Below are positions 55,370-64,000 of a stretch of DNA of 64,000 nt, piece by piece. The notes beneath the pieces are model-generated. The model was not told the origin of the DNA, did no database searches, and saw only the letters and a list, made by a program, of their open reading frames with translations. The stretch covers positions 416,001-480,000 of the forward strand of contig OZ241857.1 in NCBI GenBank assembly GCA_965203315.1. The letters run 5' to 3'. The DNA is from Nitrosopumilus sp. Lineage in GTDB: Archaea; Thermoproteota; Nitrososphaeria; Nitrososphaerales; Nitrosopumilaceae. Positions within the stretch are counted from its first letter, which is position 1. Each line of letters opens with the position of its first letter. Both the position numbers and the translations under genes were made by a program.

Positions 55370-56882
55370 GGTTCTTTTAACTTATCGGGGGGTAGTAAAT
55401 TGACAAATTTGACACTAAATTTTAGAAATAACGAATCATGTATTAAAATATAGAAAAATAATAGAGAATAATTGCAAACTGGTTGTTTGTGATTTAAAAT
55501 TATGACACACTAGTTGGCAAGAGCTGCATTTTCAATCAATATGCGCCATTTATTGTCACCTTGTATTACAATTCCAGCTTTTTCAGCTGGCGTGTTTCCA
55601 TTTAAACTACTATGCGGCCTTATGAAATTATAATTTATCCACATGCCCTCAAAAAATGGACTAGAGGTTGTTTTCAAACCTCTGGGAACTTTTTCACGGT
55701 CTCTTATACTGCCGTTAAAGCGTTCTTGTTTGTTGTTGTTTTTTCTTTTCTTTTGCATGTGAATCTCTTTAATGTGTGTGGGCTTTTTAATTGCAGATTT
55801 AAACGCGTTTTTGATGGCAAAGGGATACACTGGCGAACCATCAGATACCACTTTGCTAGGAACCATTCTTGTAATTTGTTGAGCAGAATTAAACATTTTG
55901 ATTGCATTGTGTCCCTCTTTTGTATCGCCTAGTTCATATGAAATAAAAAATCTTGTAGTACTATCAGTTATTGCAAAGAGCCATTTTATCTCACCATTGA
56001 TCTTGACGTACATCTCATCTGTGTGCCATTTTATCTCACCATTGATCTTGACGTACATCTCATCTGTGTGCCATTTTATCCCAACCTTTGGTGAAAACTT
56101 TGACAAATATGCATGTATTAGTTTAGTGTATTTTACGACCCATTTGTATATGGAAACAAAGGACACTTTACATCCTTGTCGTTTAAAACACTGTTCAATA
56201 GCGACAAAAGACATTCCTGAAAAATACAAGTCTATGGCCAAAGTTATCCATTTGGGATCAACTCTAGCTCGCTCAAATCCTACATTGCCACAGAATTCTC
56301 TGTTACATTTTAGGCATTCATACCTCTGAACGTCACCGCTTTTGTTATGACGTATACCATTTTTGCGAAATTTTCTTAATTTGCAATGCGTGCAACGAAT
56401 AATCTCTGCAGGTTTAATTTTAATTTTCTTTATCAGGTTTTTTAAAAATTCAATAACCAACAAGACATGTTTGACAAATGTTTTCGAACTCTAATACCAT
56501 TGCAGGAACAACACCAACAAGATTTATCTTTTTTAATTTTATACGTTTTATTCTCTTGTTTGGATTTAACTGTATAGCGATTGTTCCTTCTCGCTTTAAT
56601 TGAGTACTTGTCGCTAACGATTTTTTCTATCTGCATTAATTCTTGCTCCATAATTACCTCAAAATCGATACCATATATAGATCTTTCGGAATAAATCTAC
56701 TATTTCAAAAATATTTTACTGCCAATATGTAAAAAATCTTAATTACAAAAACACGTGTGCGACTTTTATTAGATGAAATAACACACGATATCGAAAAACA
56801 AGGTCGTTATGAAATTTTAACACTCAACTCGCTGATTAAAAACACCAAAAACAACGTCATCTCCCGTTAAGTTAAAAGAACC
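55370..56882 (-). mobile_element. IS6-family element, copy B (damaged)
   Basis: Near-identical to 30434-31902, with a 45-bp tandem duplication and a 1-bp deletion; no TSD. Confidence 0.93.
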
Positions 56883-57047
56883 GAGCGAGCTATACGATCA
56901 ATGGTGCTATTCCGCAAGGTAACTCAACGTATTGTATCTGTGGAGAGTAAACGACGAGTTGGCAATATCTTTACATGTGTAACAACATGGGAGCAACAAG
57001 GTCTCAACGTCTATGATACACTCCTAAAAGTTGTGCGTGAGACCTAA
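56883..57047 (+). pseudogene. IS66-like transposase C-terminal remnant
   Basis: ERAIRSMVLFRKVTQRIVSVESKRRVGNIFTCVTTWEQQGLNVYDTL. Confidence 0.7.
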
Positions 57048-57163
57048 CCTCATACTGGAAGACTATGCGGGGTATCAAACGGCACACATGCGACGAGATT
57101 TGAAAGAATGTTACTTACCAATATATCAAATAAATTTTTATGATGTTATTCTAGATTACATAC

Positions 57164-57440
57164 ATGAGTGATGTGGCATATGAGATTTTACCAAAATGTA
57201 CAGTCACTAGATCGTTAAACGATGATACCAGTACAGTATTGAGCCGATCAACGACTATTGTCTTTTGTACCATGCATGACAGAGAACCACATATTGCTCC
57301 CGTGTGGTTTGTTACATACAGTAACAAAATCCTAGTTGGTAAAGACATGTTTCACCAGTACAAGCAACTAATGCATAACAAGTATCAAGATCTAAAGATT
57401 AATCGTTTTGTTGAGAGCATAGAGTATATGACTGTACTAA
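57164..57440 (+). pseudogene. Internally deleted paralogue of the PPOX-like gene at 61059
   Basis: Aligns with 61059-61472 but lacks the central KISKK...SISDD block. Confidence 0.8.
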
Positions 57441-57567
57441 TTCTGGCGATAGTCATAACATTGATTCCGAGAGATACAACACAAGGAGAACCTATGATCT
57501 ATACTAGAGGTAATAGTCCTTACCGTAACATGCCACAAAAAATTAACTCAGAGAAAGGAGGCAAGGA

Positions 57568-59877
57568 ATGAAGAAGAATACTGACCCACTAGAATCTGCA
57601 ACTAGAAAAAAGATAGACCAAATCCTAATCAATCTAGAATGGAATACTGACGAATTTTCTAACAAGTGTAACGTGTTTACAGAAAGAGTAAAGACCAAAG
57701 AACAAACAAAACTGCTTAAAAAGATTAGTGGTTACAAAAAACCGCCAGACTATGTTTTGTATGAATCCAATACGGACAAACCTATAGCAATTATTGAAGC
57801 TAAGAGAATTGGACAATCCATGGAAGGTGCACTAAACCAAGCAATTACAAATTATGCAGAACCTCTCAATGTAGATTTAATCTTCACTACAGACGGAACA
57901 ATCGTTCAAGCATTTGATAACCGTAGTAAAAATAATCTCCTTATGGATGATCAAATAGTTACTGATTTTCTTGATGAGCAAACAGTTTTGAAATTTATTG
58001 AGGATGGTTACAAACTATACACTTCTGAAAAATTCTCCCACACAAAACGTGAACTAATTGAAATTTTTTCAAACGCAAATGATATTTTGAGAGAAGAGGG
58101 AATAAGGCAAGGAATTGAGAGATTTACCGAATTTTCTAATTTATTGTTCCTGAAATTAATCAGTGAAAAAGAAAAAGCACGAGAAGCTAAAGGTGAGAAA
58201 AGAATATTAGAAAAAAAATACTGTTGGGAATCATTCTGTGACAAAGAGCCAGAACTTGTACTGGATTACATTAACAAAATCATTCTTCCAAGATTAGTTG
58301 ACAGATACAATGGCAGTGGAGAGGTTTTTCAGAAGGAATTGAAGATAAAAACACCTGAAATTCTTAAAGAAATTGTAGATCAACTATCTACTCTTAAACT
58401 ATATGATACTGATTCTGATGTAAAAGGTGATGCATTTGAGTACTTTTTAAAAAATGCCCTAATCGTAGGCAAGGATTTGGGAGAACATTTCACACCTAGA
58501 AACATAGTCAAACTAATGGTAGATTTGATTAGTCCTAGTTTTGGTGAAAAAGTTTATGATCCTGCATGTGGTACAGGCGGATTTTTGATAGAAGCATTCA
58601 GACACATCAAAGCTAAAATTAAACATACTAGAGATAACATAAAAGTTTTAGAACAAGACACAATCTATGGACGAGAGTTAACTGCAACTGCAAAGATAGC
58701 CAAAATGAACATGATTGTGAGCGGAGATGGACACACAAACATTCAACAGATGGATAGCCTAAAAAATCCACTTAAAAACGAGTATGAGACAATTCTTACA
58801 AACATACCCTTTTCACAAAAAACCAAACATTCAAGTCTTCATGGGTTTACTACCACCGATGCAAACCCTGTATTTTTGAAACATGTTATAGATGCCTTAA
58901 GCGATGGTGGAAGATCTGCTGTCATTGTTCCTGATGGATTATTATTTGACAAAGGCTCGGAATACCAAAAAATCCGAAAGATACTGCTTACAACTTGTAA
59001 TGTAATAGCTATAATCCAATTACATCCTTATGTTTTCTCACCATACACCAAACAGCCCACATGTATAGTTGTTTTCCAGAAAGGACAATCGACTAAAGAT
59101 GTATGGTTCTTTGAGGTGGATAATGATGGGTTCAAGAAGACAGACAGTAAGAAAGGAAGGCCACCCATTGAGAAAGATGATTTGAAATTGTTAAGAGAGA
59201 TTTGGAATGACAAATCTGATTCATCCCATTCTTTCTCGATAAATTATAAAACAATCGAAAAAAACTATTACAAGTTGAACATGAATGCATACAAGCAAAG
59301 AAAAACACGTAAAGTTCCCACTATGCCTCTAAGCGAACTATGTACTATAGATATTGGTGGAACCCCTCCAAGAGGAAATCGAGAGTATTGGACAGGAGAC
59401 CATGTTTGGGTAAAAATTGCCGATATGTTAGGTAAAAAAACAATTACTGAATCTGGAGAAACCATCACTGACAAAGGCATTGAAAAATCCAACGTAAAAG
59501 AACTCAAAGAGGGAACTTTGTTGTTTAGTTTTAAACTCACGCTGGGTAGAGTGGCATTTGCGGGAAAGGCTCTATACACAAATGAAGCAATAGCAGGATT
59601 AAACCCAATAGATAAGGATGATAAATATTTGATGAGATATTTGTACTATATACTACCTACTCTTGATTTTGCACCGTGGTCCCAAAGAGCTACCAAAGGA
59701 TTCACAATGAACAAGGATTCGATAGGAGATATTGAGATTCCAATGCCCTCGCCCTATATGCGACAAAAAATTGTCGAGACGGGAGAGAATAATGAAGAGA
59801 GAAAACAAGATCTTTTTGACCAAATTGACAAAATCGATGATTCGCAGATCGATTTTATTAAAAAATCAACTTGTTGA
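57568..59877 (+). CDS. Fused restriction-modification protein (HsdR_N-like nuclease, N6-MTase, one TRD; type IIG-like)
   Basis: PDYVL...IIEAK, GEHFTPR, DPACGTGGF, TNIPF and GGTPPRG..TNEAI motifs. Confidence 0.88.
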   Translation: MKKNTDPLESATRKKIDQILINLEWNTDEFSNKCNVFTERVKTKEQTKLLKKISGYKKPPDYVLYESNTDKPIAIIEAKRIGQSMEGALNQAITNYAEPLNVDLIFTTDGTIVQAFDNRSKNNLLMDDQIVTDFLDEQTVLKFIEDGYKLYTSEKFSHTKRELIEIFSNANDILREEGIRQGIERFTEFSNLLFLKLISEKEKAREAKGEKRILEKKYCWESFCDKEPELVLDYINKIILPRLVDRYNGSGEVFQKELKIKTPEILKEIVDQLSTLKLYDTDSDVKGDAFEYFLKNALIVGKDLGEHFTPRNIVKLMVDLISPSFGEKVYDPACGTGGFLIEAFRHIKAKIKHTRDNIKVLEQDTIYGRELTATAKIAKMNMIVSGDGHTNIQQMDSLKNPLKNEYETILTNIPFSQKTKHSSLHGFTTTDANPVFLKHVIDALSDGGRSAVIVPDGLLFDKGSEYQKIRKILLTTCNVIAIIQLHPYVFSPYTKQPTCIVVFQKGQSTKDVWFFEVDNDGFKKTDSKKGRPPIEKDDLKLLREIWNDKSDSSHSFSINYKTIEKNYYKLNMNAYKQRKTRKVPTMPLSELCTIDIGGTPPRGNREYWTGDHVWVKIADMLGKKTITESGETITDKGIEKSNVKELKEGTLLFSFKLTLGRVAFAGKALYTNEAIAGLNPIDKDDKYLMRYLYYILPTLDFAPWSQRATKGFTMNKDSIGDIEIPMPSPYMRQKIVETGENNEERKQDLFDQIDKIDDSQIDFIKKSTC

Positions 59878-59884
59878 CTATCTC

Positions 59885-59950
59885 CAGACACCGTAAATGT
59901 TCGTGTAAGTTTTGGCGTCTAGGGCGCAATCGACTCAAGCGTGGGCTCGG
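59885..59950 (-). mobile_element. ISH3 terminal remnant
   Basis: CAGACACCGTAAATGTTCGTGTAAGTTTTGGCGTCTAGGGCGCAATCG closely matches 4985-5032. Confidence 0.7.
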
Positions 59951-60237
59951 GAGGAAGGATAATTCTACTGCGAGTATAATTCCGGGAACTCTCCTAAATC
60001 CTAACTGTCACAACAAGTTGGGATAACCACCACTCTCTTGTTGATCGATATGGACTTTGATGCTGTTCTCATCGTATGGTGTGATGATCATTTGATATCA
60101 TAAGGTTTCTGAATATAGTTTTATGAGCAGACTCGTCAACCCGTATATCTTCAAACTGTAACCGCATTGTTTCGAGATTGGTCACAAGTCGGTGTTCACT
60201 AAAAGTCTTTTATTAATGAAAATCATATTGTCATGTA

Positions 60238-61044
60238 TTGAATGTAGATGAATTTGGACCAGCCCCTCGAAAGAATGGACTGCTTTATCCAGGCAAACGC
60301 CCATCACAGTCATACGTGATGTGTGGCAATAGCATATCGCTTATCAGTCCAGTATCTCCACTAAAAGACACTCTGGTATCAACCAACCATGGAACGCTAT
60401 CCTTGATAGAGTTCTTACGTCTACATGATACCGATATTGGCAACAGATATTGTGTGATTGGATACGGTTCAAACGCATGTCCTGCACAGCTGCATGAAAA
60501 ATTTAATGATGATGTATTGATCGTCTTGCGTGGTACATTACAAAACTATGACATAGTATACGCAAATGCTATAACAAAGTATGGCTCTATACCTGCCACT
60601 ATAATCGACTCACCTGGTACCACTGTACAAGTATGGTGCAACATACTAGATGAAGAACAGCTGTACACAATGGATGAGACGGAGGGTAGAGACACATCAT
60701 ATATCATGGGCAAGCTAAACGGTACAGTCAGACTAGATGGTCTCAGTAAATATGCCGCATATAGTTATGTTCATTCTCAAGGAGCACTAAACTACAAGGG
60801 TAAACCTATACGAATAGCAGATATACCTGCAACAAATCCCATCCATGACAGCTTGAATCAGATCGAGATGTTAGAACTATTCTCTAATATCATAAACGAA
60901 CCAAAAGTAGCACCAAGTTTTATCAAAGATATCATCAAATATCGAGTAAAATATACTAAAAAGCTACACGACCTATCAAAAGGCATACATTCAACACAAT
61001 TTGAGAGACTACCACGTCCTAGTGTGCCAGACACTTTTTTATAA
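60238..61044 (+). CDS. Gamma-glutamylcyclotransferase-like protein
   Basis: IGYGSN loop and MDETEG motif. Confidence 0.6.
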   Translation: MNVDEFGPAPRKNGLLYPGKRPSQSYVMCGNSISLISPVSPLKDTLVSTNHGTLSLIEFLRLHDTDIGNRYCVIGYGSNACPAQLHEKFNDDVLIVLRGTLQNYDIVYANAITKYGSIPATIIDSPGTTVQVWCNILDEEQLYTMDETEGRDTSYIMGKLNGTVRLDGLSKYAAYSYVHSQGALNYKGKPIRIADIPATNPIHDSLNQIEMLELFSNIINEPKVAPSFIKDIIKYRVKYTKKLHDLSKGIHSTQFERLPRPSVPDTFL

Positions 61045-61058
61045 TGTAGTGATACAAC

Positions 61059-61472
61059 ATGTACATGACTGATGCTGCATACAAACTTGTTCCCAAATGC
61101 ACCATTACCAGATCATTGGATGACATCAGCTGTAACATACTGGACAGATCAAAGATTATTGTTTTTTGTACAATACACAACATAGAACCACATGTCGCTC
61201 CCGTATGGTTCGCCACATACAACAATACAGTACTAGTTGGCAGTGTAAAGATATCTAAAAAGATCAAAAACATACAAAACAATCCATCAGTAGCATTATG
61301 TACGGACAATATCAGAATAACAGGCACTGCAAGTATCTCAGACGATAAAGATTTGTCGTACCAATACAAACAACTAATGCATGACAAGTATCAAGACCCA
61401 AAGATCAATCGTTTTGTTGAACACATAAAACACATTATTGTAATAACTCCAGTGAGAGTCACAACATGGTAG
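61059..61472 (+). CDS. Pyridoxamine-5'-phosphate oxidase-like split-barrel flavin/F420-binding protein
   Basis: PHVAPVWF...KKIKNIQNNPSVAL motif. Confidence 0.85.
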   Translation: MYMTDAAYKLVPKCTITRSLDDISCNILDRSKIIVFCTIHNIEPHVAPVWFATYNNTVLVGSVKISKKIKNIQNNPSVALCTDNIRITGTASISDDKDLSYQYKQLMHDKYQDPKINRFVEHIKHIIVITPVRVTTW

Positions 61473-62014
61473 AGATACTGCTAGTAGATAACGGCACTAA
61501 ATATATCAAAGATCTAAAAAACACCTTGAATGGATACAACTTTACCTGTATTGTCTATGACAAGCTGGTTGATACCAGTTTGGATGTTTTTGATGGTTTT
61601 ATCTTATCGGGAGGTAGAGGCGGTACCATACAAGATATTACAAATTACAAGATCATAGAACATTGTCACACTTGTAATAAAACCCTCTTGGGAATATGCT
61701 ATGGTTCAGAATTGTTGGCGTTATACCGTGATTGCAAGTTAGGACGTCTTTATGGACTACGTCATTTACATCAAGATATTGTAATCAACTTTACACTACT
61801 CGACAAACATACGATAAACGTCTTTTCCAGTCATAGATACTTTATCAGTGAACTGTCACCAAGTGTACACATATTGTCTAGATCAAGCATACCAGAGATG
61901 ATACACATTAAAGATACCAACATGTATGGTACACAGTTTCATCCTGAAAAGACTATTGACGGTCAAAATATCATACACGTATTATTCAATCTGTTTTCGA
62001 GATCTAAACATTGA
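61466..62014 (+). CDS. Class I glutamine amidotransferase
   Basis: LVDNG, ILSGG, LGICYG and QFHPE motifs. Confidence 0.88.
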   Translation: MVEILLVDNGTKYIKDLKNTLNGYNFTCIVYDKLVDTSLDVFDGFILSGGRGGTIQDITNYKIIEHCHTCNKTLLGICYGSELLALYRDCKLGRLYGLRHLHQDIVINFTLLDKHTINVFSSHRYFISELSPSVHILSRSSIPEMIHIKDTNMYGTQFHPEKTIDGQNIIHVLFNLFSRSKH

Positions 62015-62151
62015 GGATGTAAAGATACTCCAAACAGTGATTGTCATCAATATGATGGTCCATGGCACACGTCCATCGAGTATGATCTTTTGTACATAGT
62101 CGAGTAAGTCATCAGATGGTGTAGGTAATGGCGATATGTGGAATAGTGGTA

Positions 62152-63605
62152 TAGTGACATGACGAATTAATTTCACTATTATGTCCCTTAAAACACTAAA
62201 ATTCACGCATTGACACAATTTTTAGTGATATCTTGAGTACAAAACACAAAAATCTTCTTCTAGCTCTTAAAAATAAAAAGTACGCGCACATACGAACTAG
62301 AATCTTTGGTGTAAAGATGGTTCTAATTGATAAAAACACAATATCACGTACAGCAAGGCATGTTGGCAGGACGGAACGTACCGTGTATAATTGGCTAAGA
62401 CGATACAAGCGAGAAGGAATTGCAGGACTAGAAGACAAACCAGGTAGAGGAAGAAAGCCACTAACACGAGTTTGACGTATTATGCAACGATCTCTCTTTT
62501 TATGAATGCCAAAAGATCGAGCGTATGTCGTGTCTTTTTTAGATAGTCACGCACAGCAGCTTCCATCTCTTCAACTGTCTCATAGTATACTCCAACTTTG
62601 ATCTCTCGTTTGAGCTGATGCCAATACTCTTCGATTGGATTGAACTCGGGTATTGCTCTTGGCAGATAGACGAGTTTGATATCCTTGCCCTTGATGAACT
62701 CTTCAACATCTTCTCCTTTGTGCGTCTTGGGACCATCGAGCAGCAGTATCACTTTTTTGAAGCGTTTGTACAGGTTTTTCAGAAACTCCAAGAAACAGGC
62801 CTTGTTTGTACTCTCTACTATCTCAAAGTATTGCACTCTACCTTGACCTATTGCCCCCATTACGATCACTTTATCACGTGACCCCTTTGAGGTAGCATAT
62901 ACAGGCCTGCCTATTTTGGTCCAGAATTTAGCACCGTTCTTGGTTTCTAACGTCAAGATTGTCTCGTCCATTGCAAACAGTTTCCAACCTTTCTTCTTGA
63001 GATGTCCATACATGGACAGTACCCTTTTACGGAATGCTTTGATCTCTGGAGGTTTAGCTCGATTTCTGTATGCCGTTTGTGAACGTTTCCTTGACCACCC
63101 TAACTTTTTCATCCTCTTTCTTATCGTATCAAAGTGTTGTTTCACACCCGTCTCGTCTAAAAGTAACTTGTACATGTCTCTAGGTGTTGTTCTTTCTTGA
63201 GTGTCTAGTATTTGCTCATATGTTTCGTCAGGTATCTTGGGTTTTCTTCCACGACCACCCTTGTCTTCCAGCCCAAAAAGAGCCTTTTCGCTAAACAGAT
63301 TGAGCCAATTGTATACTGTACGTTCTGTTACTCCAACAGATTTTGCAGCAAGTGCTACTGTACAGCCATCGACTATGATCATCTTGAGAGCTATGACTTT
63401 GTGTCGTATGTGTTGGTGTTTTCTTTTCTTAAGACCCTTCTTGAGTATTTTTCTCTGTGATCCAGACCATCGTCTGGGCGATTTAGATGTCTTTGAAGTA
63501 TTGACAGATCTCTTTTTTGATGCCATTGTAATGTCTAGAACACATTAATTCATAACTTATGATGTCAAAAATAGTTGATACTGAAATTAATTTATCTTGT
63601 CACTA
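62152..63605 (-). mobile_element. IS630-family element; transposase 62480-63526
   Basis: Imperfect TIR TAGTGACA.GA..AATTAATTTCA; TA duplication; MDET, LLDG and PEFNPIEEYW motifs. Confidence 0.92.
62233..62475 (+). CDS. HTH-only small protein inside the IS630 element
   Basis: TERTVYNWL...GLEDKPGRGRKP, paralogous to the transposase N-terminus. Confidence 0.7.
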   Translation: MSTKHKNLLLALKNKKYAHIRTRIFGVKMVLIDKNTISRTARHVGRTERTVYNWLRRYKREGIAGLEDKPGRGRKPLTRV

Positions 63606-64000
63606 TAGTATCACAGATAGGCCAACAATGCATAGTGGTCCAAACCCATTGATCTTCTTCTTTATTTCCCAAGCTAGATGGCGACGTATCTTTACAGGAT
63701 CACCTTGTGATATTTCCAGTTGCGCTCTAGATATTTGATCCATAAATATGAGGTGAATGCTTTTGCCCGTATCACTCAATTGTGGTATATAATCACCATC
63801 TCTAAATGGTTTAAGATTCTTATCATGATGATTTTGCATCTGTGTGCTAAGTGATGTACATTTTACAACTATTGATTTTGTGGGCGATTCTATGATTACT
63901 CGATCTCCATATTCAACATTAATCATCTCTGTCATCTCAGAACACAGAGAGACCATGGGAATCTTACTCTCACGAAATATTGGATTTGAATGTGATCTCA

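Larger units (their letters stand above)
61982..63956 (-). pseudogene. Membrane protein with double-psi-barrel-like N-terminus, interrupted by IS630
   Basis: Removing the IS joins GLSVIL to PLFHISP...WTIILMTITVW in frame; 'GDRVII...IFMDQISRAQLEISQGDPVKIR' resembles CDC48_N. Confidence 0.6.

Noticed and set aside
1-64000. CRISPR array, tRNA, rRNA, integrase or att sites
   Set aside because: No regularly spaced repeats or RNA gene patterns were seen by eye; the repeats found are IS ends, MITEs or gene duplicates.

Overview
This is a low-GC archaeal window, most consistent with a thaumarchaeote (Nitrosopumilaceae-like). The taxon is inferred from the aRF1, DUF4443-like and SNF2 genes; the heavy IS load and pseudogenisation suggest a host-associated lineage. 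A few core genes (SNF2 helicase, aRF1) sit beside a large, decaying mobile/defence region. That region has: (i) about 11 DNA methyltransferase genes or fragments with several restriction endonucleases (MvaI/BcnI-, HaeIII-, HinP1I- and XcyI-like, plus two fused R-M proteins); (ii) a conjugation module (PrgI/VirB3-like, VirB6-like, VirB4, VirD4-like, pilin-like genes) and a divergent TATA-binding-protein paralogue; (iii) secreted proteases; (iv) at least 11 IS elements (IS5, ISH3, IS6, IS481, IS630), remnants and MITEs, several nested, with TIRs and TSDs readable by eye. The most striking unexplained signal is a shared promoter, AAAGATCTATA(A/T)A. Its GATC lies 32-33 bp upstream of the transposase start codon in seven IS copies from three unrelated families, suggesting a common, possibly GATC-methylation- or alternative-TBP-dependent, control of transposition. 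All calls are by eye; no searches were run.
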